DNA of 61,267 bases, filler included. It is 15 parts of 15 records of this genome, joined end to end, with 100 filler letters (N's around TTAATTAATTAA, not from the genome) between each part and the next. Parts side by side here need not be neighbours in the genome. Positions count along the whole stretch, not along the records: positions 7,130 to 13,413 come from SRR15195285_13069; positions 13,514 to 16,992 come from SRR15195285_13070; positions 17,093 to 21,503 come from SRR15195285_13080; positions 21,604 to 26,418 come from SRR15195285_13098; 11 more parts are not named here. One strand, given 5' to 3'. The position numbers were made by a program, and so were the translations under genes. Below, piece after piece: positions 10,947 through 23,676 of the stretch; the stretch's first letter is position 1, and each line of letters opens with the position of its first letter. The notes under the pieces are model-generated. The model had not been told where the DNA came from. It saw nothing but the letters and a program-made list of their open reading frames with translations, and did not search any database.

Positions 10947-13705
10947 TCATTCCGACATTGCACACATTCGGCGGACGCATTCGACGCGTGCGCGCGACCA
11001 TAAGATCATAGGGACTACTAGGTTGTACTACTAGTATATAGTAGGTACTAGGATCCTACATGTACTCACTGCCTGGGTTCAACCCTGGCATGAACGCAGA
11101 CGCGAGCATTCAATGATTGACAGTACGACAGTGGGTCTTGGCACGTGAATAGAGTGAACGCGAGGAGAACAGACGCGAGCGTTGGTGTCGTACCTAGGAT
11201 CGTACGGTACGTATAGTACCAGTAATCCATTCGCAGCCCGTCAATGTCTCGAATGTCCCGTTGGATTCGTTCCACATACAGTAGGTCATCACGAAAATTG
11301 CACCTGTGGTGTGTGCTTTCAATGCGTATTTGCCGATCGTGTTGCCCGGCGCGGTTGGACGTTGATGACGGGCCACCTCGCTCGATGTGCAGTGAACAGG
11401 CATCTCCGACCCAATCCCGTCGTCTCAACTGAGGAATTGCGAATGCTCTGCGAAAGCAGTACGAATGCCCGGATCCTACTAGTACGCACTGTAATTTCCA
11501 TGGCAATTTCTCGCATACCCCGCCCGTTCCTCCTGGGCACTGTTTTCAATATTCGGCAGATTCGACAAGCTGCCATGTCATTCCTGCAGCAGCTCAAGAT
11601 CGCAACAAGCCACACACCCGGAGACAAACATCGACTTGCTTGCGCGACACTGGCAGCTCTTCGCTGGCCGAATCCAGTGCTAGCTCCGCAATCTTGCCAG
11701 AATCGCAACCATATGCTACTCCGAAAAGCACACATATCTGGCCGCAACGTCACAGCTGCATAGCGCGACCTTGCAGACTCGTGCCAATCCTTCACCTGGC
11801 ACAGAGTCACAAGCGCGCAACTGCAATTCCTACTCGCGCTCCTGCTGCCCCTCTGACTCCACTGACTCTCAAATGACCACCCTCTGCAGCTCACCGCCCC
11901 TCGCCTGCTCACGGCTGTTTGGTCATGCCACTGATACAATCCTGCGAGCTACCTTTTCATACCCCATAGCGCGCCCCCTGCCCCTCTCCCCCCCTCCCCC
12001 ACCCACACACCACCACCACCACCACACACACCCGTTCCACAAGCTTTGCGTCCGATCTATGCTGTCCACTGTTTCAGGTTTCTCGTTGTAAACGATCTCA
12101 AACACAAACCACGCCCACTTGATGCCGTGTAAAGAAGCACAGATTGCAGATCTGGGACCCAGAACGCACCACCCGACCTGCAGGGCAACACACCGAGTGG
12201 GGCACGGTTGCAACAAGCCTCCTTGTGCTCCCGTGAGCATCCCTGAGCTGATACAGTAATCTCGCCGCCCAAGGCATCGGTTCAGCCCTCACCAACGCTA
12301 CGAGTGCGACCTGTCCCGCTCGCGATCTCCGAGCAGCAAGGGGCGTGGTGAACAATTGGTCCACGCGTTTCGTCAGCATCGGCAACGTCTAGGAGCAGCA
12401 TCGATGAGTGAAGCCAAGAAGCAACCTGCCATCCAGCCTGTAGGATGTCTCTGTGAAGCCGTCAGAGACACCATCATCCGTATTGTTGCGAGATCGACTG
12501 TGCAGTGCTGCATGAGCGCTGTCGCTGTTCTCGAGTTTCATCTTTTGCGCCCCTCTGGCATGCAGCCCCAACCTTCCGTTGTCATGCTCGTCCAGCGCTT
12601 AAGCACGGCAGCCGCGAGGGTCACCCTGGCGTTGTGTTGGCTGGAAGATCTCGACGTTGTAATGCAAATCGCGACCTGCTGAGTTGGTGCGAGACGGTAC
12701 GCACGACAGCAATCCTGGCACGAACGCCGCAACATGAGCCTGCTGACTCTGCGTAGCCCGCCCCTGGCACGATCGCACGTACACTGCTTACTGTACGGAC
12801 ACCAACACTGTGCTGCTGCCGCACTAGTAGACCCTGGCAACACAAAGCCCGAGCAGACAGCCGACGGCTCGCCCAACCTCTTGGTGCGACGGTAGCCGCT
12901 CGCCCTCGCCCAAGGGCACCACCGCTCGATGCAGGCCAGAGCAGCTGGTCTGCCTGCCTGGCTCTGCTTGGCTTAGCATAGAGCTGAAGCTGCAGCCACA
13001 AGCGCGATCTCTCAGCCCGCTCGCAGTGGCAAGAGGAACCCGCAGGCAGCCGCTGCATCGCCATTCGCTGAGCCCCGGTCGGCGTTGATGGCCAACGTCC
13101 GTCCCCAACGTTTCCGATCCCCCGGGATTTCCGCCCAAGTTGAAGACCCCAAGTCCGGATTCAACATTCATGCGTCATACATTCTAACCTACGGATGGCG
13201 ACTCTTGGATCTGTTGCTTTTTGGGAGTGTTTTTCTGGTCCATGATTCACCTAGCTAGGAATTCCCACTCTAGAGCTACTAGATCTAGATCTATCATAGT
13301 GTACCGGTACACCTACCGTCATTTTGGGCCTAAGTGCACATCGCTTACAGGGCACAGTTCGTGAAAATGGGGTTTTTCCGTGCGTCCTCTTGGGCACACT
13401 CTCAGGGCACATTNNNNNNNNNNNNNNNNNNNNNNNNNNNNNNNNNNNNNNNNNNNNTTAATTAATTAANNNNNNNNNNNNNNNNNNNNNNNNNNNNNNN
13501 NNNNNNNNNNNNNACAAAAATGAATCAGTCAATTACGAGATTATTATACAGGCCCCCGGCCAACCGAACTAGTGTAGCCGTCCTGACCTTCTTCGCGCAG
13601 TGGGTCTCATGGTGGGTCTGCCGCAGTGCCCAAGTTGAGAGGGCACAGCGCAACTTCGGTGGCACTGGCAAGCTCCACGGGCAGAGGGCCCCCTCTGGCT
13701 GCCGG

Positions 13706-14507
13706 ATGGCGGGCCAGCTCGATGCGCCGCCGGGAGTGGACCTGTCCGCACTGATGAAAATGGTCGCCGAGGCCGAGGCGGAGGGCGGAGTGGCGCAGCG
13801 AGATGTGGAGGCGGCACTTGCCGCGACCGAAGCGGATGATTCGCTGCGGTTCGAGCAGGATCTGGCGCGCGAGAACGCCATGTTAGCGGACGTGGCGATG
13901 GGGAAGCGCGAAGGCACGCCGTGCGCGAAGTGCGGCTGTGGAGGCGCGAAGAAGCTGTGCGGTCGGTGCCGTCAGGTCTCGTATTGCAGCCAGCAGTGCC
14001 AGAAGCAGCACTGGAAGCGACACAAGAAGCAGTGCACACCCGTTAGCGACAGACCGAAGGAATCTGACCAGCTGAGCGGGATAGATATTGCGGCAGCGAT
14101 GGCGGCGCTCGCCCAGACAGGAGACCCCACGCCGCAGCAGCCGGCTAGAGGGTCGGACGCAATACTTTCCGCTGGAAAAGATGCAGGGCCACCGGTGCCG
14201 AATGCGTTCCGTGAATGCGCAGAGCTTTTCGTGCGTTGCCCTTGTCACCCAGGAAGCTTGAGTCGCCCTGCTCATTGTGCGTTGCGTGTGTGCGCTCCGT
14301 CGACCGCAGTGCAAAGATCTCGGGCTTGCGTTCGATCCGCTTACCGTCGAAGACTGCGAACCCGTGGGTGCAGCAGGGATAGGTGAGGTGGCGCTCGGAG
14401 AAGGTAAGCTGGGTGAAGGTGCGGAAGCGGCACTCGATGCAGCAATGGCTAGAGCAATGCTGGATGATGATGACGACGACGACGACAGCGGGGCTAGTGA
14501 TACATGA
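13706..14507 (+). CDS. MYND-type zinc finger protein, 2 exons (13706-14230, 14310-14507)
   Basis: CAKCGCGGAKKLCGRCRQVSYCSQQCQKQHWKRHKKQC. Phase-0 GT-AG intron 14231-14309; acidic tail. Confidence 0.85.
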
Positions 14508-14599
14508 AGTGTAGAAACTGCCCGGTCACCCTGTGGCGGAAACCAGTGGTGATGCAGCAATGCATTCACACCGCTCGCTGCTGCTGTAAACAGCACTCG

Positions 14600-16039
14600 C
14601 TAGGTATGAGCAAGTGCCCGCTGCCAGCTTTCGAGGGACGAGACGAGTGGGTCCCAATGATCGCCCAGCACCAGTGTTAGCTCAGTTGGCCGGTGGAATG
14701 CCCCCAGCCCGACGTTGTGCGGTTCGGCCCGAGCTTCGTCCCGGTCAGTGGGATTGAACTGGCGGAGCAGCTGTGCGTTCTGTGCCGCTGAGTGTTGGCG
14801 GTGCCCCGCCGCAGCTACTTCCAACATGAGCGCAGCAACGTGCTCGTCGTGCGCACGATCCCGCCCCGTCTTGCCGTCCGCTGCTGACGATGACGCCTCA
14901 GCACGCAAGAGGAGTGCGCGGAGCTCGGCAGCATCGGCCTCGCTTGCCGCCTGCGCCGCGCGCTGAGTCACTCTGTGCGCGTGTGCCGGGTCGTGACAGT
15001 GTCGTGGTGCGATGGGCCGATGGACCTGCTGACTCTCCACGCACCACGGCTGGAGTCCCATCTGCCGCAGCTCCTGGATTAGATGTTCCGCAACCGTGCA
15101 CCGGCAAGCCAGCTCTCTGTAGTCTTTCTGGCAGACTGCACGTGCGCCCAGATCACTCATGTCCGCACCAAGGTGCGCCACCAGGCGTCGGCACAGCATG
15201 TCGGCGCACACGGCCAGATCGCGCGGCTGCGCGAATCGCAGCAGGGCCCACAGTGCAGCCGCCTCTTGACGCTGCATCTCCGGCCTGGTGCCTGACAGGA
15301 CAATGCCGAACTGCGCATGCTGTTGTGGCACATTCTCCTGCACTTCGGAGGCAACCGCCACGGCCACAGAGGCCAGTGATTCGTCCGCGTAAGTTGCGTG
15401 CTTGTGGACTAGCTCCGTCACTACCGTGCGCTCGAGCTCGTACAAAACAGCGCTAAATTCTGCTGCCCGGGTGCCGACCTCACCAGCAACGCTGGCAGTA
15501 ACAGCATTCGCGCGAGCCTCCTCGCCTATGGCATCGGTCTCCTGCCCGTCCGATAGCTCTGACTCTGGCTCTAACTCAAGTTGCGAGAGCGTCCACTGGA
15601 CAGCAGTGAGGACTGTGCCCAAACCCATCGCATCGTGCACATCAGCACACACGCTGAGAAGCACGGGCAGCGGTCGTCTGTTGCTGAGCGTGACGCGGAT
15701 ACGCTTCCGGTGCGCCTTGATCATCGCCGGGCTACGCCGACTCGCCTCGACGTAGTCTGCCAGCGCATCATCCGCGAACCCATTTGCGCGTGCCCGCGTC
15801 GCCCCCTGCCCATGAAGCCGAGCGTGCAGCCGTTGCCTGGCGGAGCCACGGCTCACGAGCATCGCCGCCAGCAGCTCGGCGTTCTCGCCACCGCTGCTGC
15901 CCTCCTGCTCCTCACGCAGCGCCCGGATCGCCACGCCGAGCCACAGCACCGCCGCCTCGTCATCGCCTGCCCGCCGTGCCTTCCGCGCCTCCCGCTGCGC
16001 CAACTGCACCTTCTCAGATGATGAAGAAGAGCAGCTCAT
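14600..16039 (-). CDS. Hypothetical helical protein with a TPR-like N-terminus
   Basis: 479-aa intronless ORF; LAAMLVSRGSAR...ALADYVEASRRSPAMIKAHRKR resembles TPR helices. Confidence 0.6.
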   Translation of the reverse strand: MSCSSSSSEKVQLAQREARKARRAGDDEAAVLWLGVAIRALREEQEGSSGGENAELLAAMLVSRGSARQRLHARLHGQGATRARANGFADDALADYVEASRRSPAMIKAHRKRIRVTLSNRRPLPVLLSVCADVHDAMGLGTVLTAVQWTLSQLELEPESELSDGQETDAIGEEARANAVTASVAGEVGTRAAEFSAVLYELERTVVTELVHKHATYADESLASVAVAVASEVQENVPQQHAQFGIVLSGTRPEMQRQEAAALWALLRFAQPRDLAVCADMLCRRLVAHLGADMSDLGARAVCQKDYRELACRCTVAEHLIQELRQMGLQPWCVESQQVHRPIAPRHCHDPAHAHRVTQRAAQAASEADAAELRALLLRAEASSSAADGKTGRDRAHDEHVAALMLEVAAAGHRQHSAAQNAQLLRQFNPTDRDEARAEPHNVGLGAFHRPTELTLVLGDHWDPLVSSLESWQRALAHT

Positions 16040-16121
16040 CGCCTGCCCGTCGTGCCTTCCTCGGCCTCCCGCTGCGGCAACTGCACCCTCCTCTCAGATG
16101 ATGAAGAAGAGCAGCTCATCG
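15959..16121. repeat. Imperfect tandem duplication (~80 bp unit) spanning the start of the TPR-like gene
   Basis: CATCGCCTGCCCG...CTCAGATGATGAAGAAGAGCAGCTC occurs twice, offset by about 80 nt. Confidence 0.85.
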
Positions 16122-16764
16122 ACCTGCGTTTGCAACCTCAATCATTTGCGCACCCCGACCCGGCCCGCGCGCGCGAAAATGAATCACCCGAGACCCGCCC
16201 GTTGCTGTTCGCGCGAGTGTTCCGCTTCGTGCGTGACGACGACCGCCATCTGCAGACGTGAGTCGAGTGAGACGTCCCGCCCCCGGCGCGCGCGCGGCCG
16301 CGGCAACGATACATAAATGTACTACGATACCGTGGGACGTCGCGAGTTGATTCATGCCACTTGGAGCGCTAGCCAAAGGACGATGGAGTCGATCCCAGGG
16401 CTGGTGTCAGGCGGCTCTGAGCTGGGCCTGCTGCCTGCGGAGGACGAAGAGGACGAGGACGAGCGCCTCATGTCAGTGCTGGTGCACGAGGAGGAGGCGG
16501 AGCAGCGGACTGACAAGCGGTGGGGTTAGCGCGGTATATGCGTTGTGGGCGCAAGACGTGGATGCCGTGAAAGGGGCTCGCAACGTATCGATTGTCATTA
16601 TTTTATGTCATTGATACCGCGGGGAGGACCTGCGGGCGCGCGAGCCCCTGGGTGGGCTGGGCCTACCCGCGGATCGTCCACCCCCTCGCCTCTCGCGAGT
16701 GGAATGCGCGTGTCCTTTACTCTTTGTACCCGTGCCTAACTACTAACCACTAACCATCCACCTC

Positions 16765-16968
16765 ATGTCGCTGGATCACTTCTTCAAGCTCATGGGCTGC
16801 CACTTCGAGACGTTCCAGGACTGTGGGGCGTGGGACAACCCAACAGTCCAGGTCTGGCGGGTCGCCCCGGAGGAAGTGACAGCGCAACGGCGAGCTCGTC
16901 TGACAAAGAACCTCGGCTTCGGATCCCCCCTTCCTGGTGGCGGTCCGCTCGGCAATCTGCTTCATTGA
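16765..16968 (+). CDS. Small hypothetical protein or terminal exon (67 aa)
   Basis: Protein-like composition and GC3-rich codons; no family recognised. Confidence 0.3.
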   Translation: MSLDHFFKLMGCHFETFQDCGAWDNPTVQVWRVAPEEVTAQRRARLTKNLGFGSPLPGGGPLGNLLH

Positions 16969-16990
16969 CATTGACATTGACATTGACATT
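16963..16990. repeat. (CATTGA)4 microsatellite at contig end
   Basis: Read directly from the sequence. Confidence 0.9.
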
Positions 16991-17092
16991 TTNNNNNNNN
17001 NNNNNNNNNNNNNNNNNNNNNNNNNNNNNNNNNNNNTTAATTAATTAANNNNNNNNNNNNNNNNNNNNNNNNNNNNNNNNNNNNNNNNNNNN

Positions 17093-18948
17093 GAGCCAGG
17101 TGGTGAAGCTATTCCATCGTGCCGGGACCCAGCGGACAACGCCAAGCTGATCCAAGAGTGGTCCGAGCATCCCGATAAGGACGATTACTGGATGCAAGAA
17201 GATTGCACTCCACACTTTGATCGGATGAACGTCCCATGCTTCACTCAAGTGTGAACCTTTCTGAACAACACTCTGCGTGACTTGTCTACTCACAATACCG
17301 TGCAAACTGCTAATGCTACGTCGATGATGTTTGTAGGGATCCTGGTATGACTACATGAATCGAGGCTCAGTCGCATCTTTCATTGGTAGGCAACACGCCG
17401 GTGGCCCTGACTCCCAAGGCCAGCAGAAACTGCTAATTGGTCCGTGGCTGCATGGACCACAACAATCGCGTGTCGGCGACCTCATGTACCCTGCGTCGTG
17501 CAACTGGGACATCACGGCCAGCATGCTTACGTGGTTCAATTTTCACTTGAAGGGAATTGATGGGCTAGGTGGTGGCAGTGCGACGGTACAGCCTACAGTA
17601 CAGTACTTCAACATGGGTGCGTGTGAAGACGGGGCACCTGGGAATGAGTGGAGGACAGCGGATGATTTTCCACTTCCACAAGCAGTCGAAACAGCGTACA
17701 CATTGCATGTGGGTGAAACTGTCAACACTGGAATCGGGTATCGCAACACTTTCGCGACAGGACGTGATGAACTCGGATACAGTGGCAGTCAGTCGGTGCG
17801 GAGCAAGGGTATGTTGTCCACAGTCGGGGAGAGCCGCGCTGCCGTCAAGCCCAAGGCAGCAGACCTTGTCCATGCGACACAGTGGAGATCAGGTGCGCCT
17901 CTGCGTAAATTGATGCCAGTTGTCTGGTAGCCGAAGATACACGCCTTGCGTATATGCAGACCCAAACAGACCCGCGTCACTTGGTGAAGCTGTTGAATTT
18001 GCTCCCGGCGCAAGAGATCAGCGAGCATTTGAGTCACACGGGGAAGATGTGGCAATATTCACGACGGTAGCCTTCGTAATTATGCGCATCCAATTACCTG
18101 TGTTCTGTGCACTACTCACAGACACCGTCTTCTTGGCTCCATGTTTTTTGTGTGGTCCCAGGGAGCGCTGGCTTCGCCGGTAGAATGGACAGGCATGGTT
18201 CGCGCGGAGCTGTTTGTCATGAGTACTGGTCATGTACGACTCGGCATCCATGCTAGCCATGCGATCGGTTGACATCTTCCTTTACTGGCTGTGTGCACTT
18301 GCCACGGCTGCAGGATACAGACGTGATTGTGCGGGTCTCCGATGTCTACCCAGACGGGCGTTCGATTCTCATTCTTGATTATGCACAGCGCGCTCGGTAT
18401 CGGCACGGCTTCGACCACCAGGAATTGCTGACTCCTGGTGCGGGTTTCACTGGCTTACGCGGCTTTAAATAATCGTTCAGGATCTAGCACGGGTTGTGTG
18501 CAACTGGTTGCAGCCTGTCCGTCGCCACACCGTGCTTACTTGCGCAAGCTGTGATAATTTGCAGACGAACCGGCAGAAATCAATTTTGATATCGGGTGGA
18601 CTTCTATGACATTCAACACGGGCCATCGTATTAGAGTAGCAATCTCGTCCTCTTGCTGTGAGTCAACTGAAGCTGCTTCAATTCCCTTGCCTGCCGAAGC
18701 CGCGATGATGCCAGGGAGACTCACCAGTCTGCTGGGTTACCCTGTTGTTTGGTTTGTCTGACTGTCTAATCTGCTGGCTGAACGTGGCTCCAGATCCACT
18801 GTACGAGCCCAACCATCATCAGGACGGCACTGCACAAACCCTCCACCCTCCAAGTGGAGGAGGGCCAGCAGTGACAAATACCATCTTGCACGGTGGCCCG
18901 TGCAAATCAAGAATCATCGCACCGGTTGTGCCGATTGCACACAATTAA
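17093..18948 (+). CDS. CocE/NonD family alpha/beta hydrolase (peptidase S15-like), 5'-partial, multi-exon
   Basis: HPDKDDYW, G-SWYD (catalytic Asp), KLLIGPWLHG (catalytic His), VQYFNMG..GNEWR. PepX_C-type DTDVIVRVSDVYPDGRSILI..RARYRHG and GHRIRVAISS. Several GT-AG introns. Confidence 0.85.
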
Positions 18949-19115
18949 GAGCACAATAATCCAATCCAGGAGAAGACAATGAAATTCAGTGGTGCTTTCT
19001 AGTTGACAGCAAATGCGTCCATAGCTGGTTTAGTCGCGTGAGTGAGTTGCTGGGATCGAGATCGTATTAAGACTCCATAATATAATGCAGCTTAGCAGTG
19101 CAAAACACATCGGAT

Positions 19116-21431
19116 CTACAGCAGAGACTCTTTCGGCCCTGTGTAGGCCCGGACGATCCGGTCGGGGCTTGACGGCAGGAAGCTGCTCCCAAGGAGCAAT
19201 ACAGACCACACCAGCGTTGCTGCAACACTAATTGACAGCAGCATCTCCGCCGCGCACTGTGCATTACACGTGAACAGGCCGAGCCCTGCGCCGCCAAGAA
19301 CGAAGGAGCCCAGTTTTCCAGCTGTAAAAACTGACATCTCTAGCGCAAACACGCGTCCAAAGACCGGATTTGTCCAAGGGTTGCCTCCCTGCCAATTGCA
19401 GTAAACCACCCAAAACGTGTTCATGGTAAATGCACTGGCATGATTAAATGCTACTGTACGGGAAGGAACTCGAAATTACGTACCTCAGGTCCGAGCACCA
19501 TAGACTGAATCACGAGCGTCGAGTACACCCACACCAACGAGGATGACACAGCACGAAGGAAGCCCGCACCACAAAGAAGTGCAACGTTGAGCTCATATCC
19601 ATCGTTCATGTGGGTACCAACCAGAAGCAGCGAGTACGCCTGCGCATGTCATGTGTAGCAAGCCAGTCAGTCAATAACAAGTATGCTGAAGTGCAGACCC
19701 ATTCGTTTGACACGCCCAGGCAGAAAACGAACAACGCTCCCGTGGGCACACAAGTGGAAGATCCTCGTGTTGACATGGCGCAAAACGACTGCAATCGGAT
19801 GGATTACCGCTGTACCAATGAAGAACCCGACAACCATGATAAGTTGAGAGAACCTTTCAGACCCACCCATGTAGATGCTACCCTCACCGCCACAGCTATT
19901 TGCAACTAGCGGCCCGAGCAGTGCACCAACTCCCGTGGCAGCGTATACCAGCCCAAGTGTAGCTGAAGATGAACCCCAACTGCCACGCAGCTGAAAGGAT
20001 GGAAGCGCTGACAGTTCGACTTCGATTAGCTCTGCAAGTCCCCTGAGATGTCCAGGCAGCCCCAGTGTAATCATTAGGTGGAACAGCATCATGGCATGCA
20101 GATGTTGACACGAGGCCGTAAGTACTCGGAACAGTTTTATGCGTGGCAGTGGAATGTCAACTACGGACCAAGTGAGGGCGCCAGTCATCTTTGCAAAAAG
20201 CATCATCAACAGCCCAGGGTTCTTGCGTAGGTATGGTCCTATCGGCTGGATGTCTTCGCCACCCGATGCTGTTGCATACTCCGGGAAGCAAAGCCTGTCG
20301 CAGAGGCGCGCGCCAAGCGGCGCATCGTATGGAATCCTCCGGTTTGGTGCTGGCGAGGACGTACTTGGCTCCTCCACCGGTGTTCCTGAACCATTGTCTT
20401 TTTTATCGTCAGGTTGCATCGGTGAGCGCATACACAGCGTAAGCAGCGCCGAGGCGAGGTAGGAGCACGCATCGACCGCAAAATTCGTGGTGATGCCGAA
20501 TTTTGTGGTAATCACCCCGCCGATTGCACCACCGATCGACATAAGCGCTGACCAGACAGAGGCATCCACTGTAGTCGCCAGCTTGAGGTCCCGCTCGCCA
20601 GTGCAAATTTGTGGCACCAACGAGCTGCGCAGAGGATCATACTGTGCGGCACAACACTGCTGCAAGAAGACAAGGGTGAAAAATGCCGGCCAGATCAAGA
20701 CTCCAGGTTGGCCGTCGAGGCCTTCACGACCTTGGTCCAGCCCGATACTGAGAAATAGCATCCCGCCTACGCATGTGGCAGCGCACACATCGCAGAAAAA
20801 CAGCCCCCACCGCTTGTCCACACGCTCTGCGATCGCACCCACGCACGGGGCGAGCGCGATCGCCGGCAGCATTCGGATAAACATGAATGCAGCAGTGTAC
20901 ACGCCCGATTTGCTGAGACCAGTGTCGTCAACCCCGCCACTCCCCTCATCACCAGCACTGTCCGCACCGAGCAGCATCCGAATAAATGCGAGGGCCGCGA
21001 CATAGTTGACCCAATTACCGCTGTTCGTGACCTGTTTGCAACGAAAAGGTTGAGATGTACGCGACGAAGGACACGCTCGATTGCGCATTCTCCATTGGGC
21101 GTGGTAAAGGTACACAGACAGACGACGCAGGCAGGGGACACCACTGCACCGAAGCCCCCCACCCCATCCACCCACCCAACATCTAGACTTTTCTGGCTAC
21201 GCGAAAAAGGTTCTGCTCGATCCCCCTACGCTTTTCTTGCCCGGCATTGGAAGCGCCCCTATCTCCTCTCCGCGTCAATGCTCATTCGACAACGCTGGGG
21301 ATTTTCGGTCGTCGTAAATGAGACCTGGGTGTACGCCGTACCAGGTAGGCGCTGAAGAGGAAGCGGAACCGAGCGTTGCGCTGCAGGAGACCACAGTAGT
21401 CCGACACACCGATCGACCCGTCCTCAGCCAT
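19116..21431 (-). CDS. Major facilitator superfamily transporter (DHA3/EntS-like), multi-exon
   Basis: Exon 1 MAEDGSIGVSDYCGLLQRNARFRFLFSAYL splices (intron 21032-21341) to VTNSGNWVNYVA. Motif A GAIAERVDKR, FAVDACSY, C-terminal FGRVFALE, many TM segments. Confidence 0.85.
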
Positions 21432-21890
21432 CGCCTTCGCCAGGTGCCAGTCACCCAGCAGGCTAGTACGGTAGCGTGGACTGCACTGCTGTGACAGCGG
21501 TGCNNNNNNNNNNNNNNNNNNNNNNNNNNNNNNNNNNNNNNNNNNNNTTAATTAATTAANNNNNNNNNNNNNNNNNNNNNNNNNNNNNNNNNNNNNNNNN
21601 NNNGCCAGGATTCTGAGTATATCGTAGCTGCGACGGATGATGCAACAGTTCTGTCAGAGTTGGCAAATTGGCCCTCCGCGCGTCCCAGGGGGCGGGAATT
21701 TGCATGGGGGGATGTGCATGCATAGGCCGTTTAAAAATCAAGGTCTGCGCGACGCACGCGCGTGGGCGCCGGCATCGCGCTACGCGGGCCACATATCGCG
21801 GTGCTGTTACAACGTGTAGCTGCAGAGCGTGTTTCCCTTTCGGAAGCGTCACCAGTGTTGCCTCTGACCGTCTGACGACGCTCTCGATCG

Positions 21891-23256
21891 ATGAGCCGCA
21901 CGGTGGCGTACCGGGCTCCGCAGCTGTCGGACCAGATGGGCGCCGTGCGGGCTCGCCGCCTCAAGCAGGCGGTTGACGCAGTTGGCAAACAGGGCACGGT
22001 CGACTTGTCCGGGATTCAGCTCGAGACCGACGGCGCTGCCATGGCGGCTGCTGCACTGACGAGGCACCACGACTCGGTTACCATTCTGGCGGCAGATGGC
22101 TGTGCCCTGTCCGGTGCCGGCGCCGCGCGGCTTGGGAAGTGGGCAATGACTGTCAGCTCGCTCAAGGAGCTATCGCTGTCTGACAACCCAGCCATGGGTG
22201 ACCGTGGCGCACGTGCAATGGCAGACCTAGTTGCCACCCATCCAAAGCTGCACACGCTGCGCCTGGGCGCCACTTCCATGACTGACGAGGGCGCCGTCGA
22301 GATCGCCTCAGCACTACGCTCTTCCTCTTCGCTGCAAGTGTCGCCTAATTCAGGCTGCTCTAATTGCGTAGCCCTCACGTCATCCTACTCACACCATACG
22401 TATTGCTGCTGGCGGCAGGCGCGTGCTAAGCCTTGGTAGCAACTGCCTTGGCGTGGACGGCATCACTGCACTCGTGTCAGCGCTGGACGCAAACCGATCG
22501 CTAACAGAACTCTTTGTAGGCGATCCCACGACATGGTACGTGCTTCCAACGGACCTCGCCCGGTCTGGTGCTACAAGCAATCAAGTGCCGTTGCCACGTC
22601 TCGCACCAACGGCTCTTGCTGACATGACAACGCCACTGGCATGCTTGCAGGTCAGGTGGCATTTCAGACAGTCTGGTACCTTGGGCGCTGCGCGCGCGGC
22701 TCAAATGTCAGCGGAACGAAGCGGCATTGCTGGCGATCCGGCCGCGCCAAGCCCTCGCTTGGGCGTCGACAGCCGTGCGTTGCGATGCGCTTCGTTGCCA
22801 GCGCTCTGCACTGAAACTGCTCTCCCTGGCGTGCGTGCTGATGGGTGTTGACTCTGCACGGTACACATGCATTGGATTCAGATCTCACGCAGCAGCCCGG
22901 CCTTCGTGCTGCCAACTGACTTGCTAGAGCTGGTAGCAGCCTTGTTTGTGGAGCGGCACCAGCGTGGCGAGGGTAAGGCGGCATCGCTGTACAGAGACGC
23001 TGTACAAGCGCGCTGCTGTGCGCCTGTGCTGCCAGCAGACGGCAGCGAGACCCCGTTCGCCGATGCTACTGGTGCTGCCACAGGAGATCGAGTTGCCAGC
23101 GCAGCAGCAAGAGGAACGAGAGGAGCAGGACAAGGAGGAGCAGGGGAAGAGCTGCTCGCGTGGGTGTCTGCACAAGAGGCTGGTAGTGGCAATAGCGAGG
23201 ATGGTGACGGTGACGATTGCAGCGTTAGTAGCGGCGGCCGTGGTTCATACTCGTAG
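21891..23256 (+). CDS. RNI-like (NLRC3/CARMIL-type) LRR protein, multi-exon
   Basis: LKELSLSDNPAMGDRGA, LHTLRLGATSMTDEGAVEIASAL, LSLGSNCLGVDGITAL. The last intron (22775-22881) is in phase. Confidence 0.8.
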
Positions 23257-23676
23257 CCATAGCTAGTGACTCAATCGATCGCGTATCTACTGACCGGTCA
23301 CTTGGCCAACAATTTAGATAGAGTGCTTACATGCCCACGTACAAATCATATTCGAATACAAGCGCTATCGGCGGAGCGCACGTCAGCGGCGGTGGGGGCG
23401 GCGCCAGAGGCAGCATCTGGCTCGTGGCAGCGGCCGTCGATGCCGCCGGTACGGACCGAGCCACGGGTGGGAAGGGGAAACAATCAATGCAGCCAGTGGT
23501 GGTGGGTCCATAATTATCATTTGCGGGCGGCGACGGTGGCGTTGGGCACATCCGGACCGACCTTCCGCAGTGCGCAAATGCGCGTCTGCGCTGCAGTCGT
23601 AAAACCTTTTTAGCCACGCAGATTTTGCGTCCCGATCAAACGCACACGCGCACGCGCATACTCACCATCAGCAGCA

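Noticed and set aside
11066-13413. Many overlapping short ORFs
   Set aside because: No coherent spliced gene model or domain found. Possibly decayed coding sequence, but this is unsupported.
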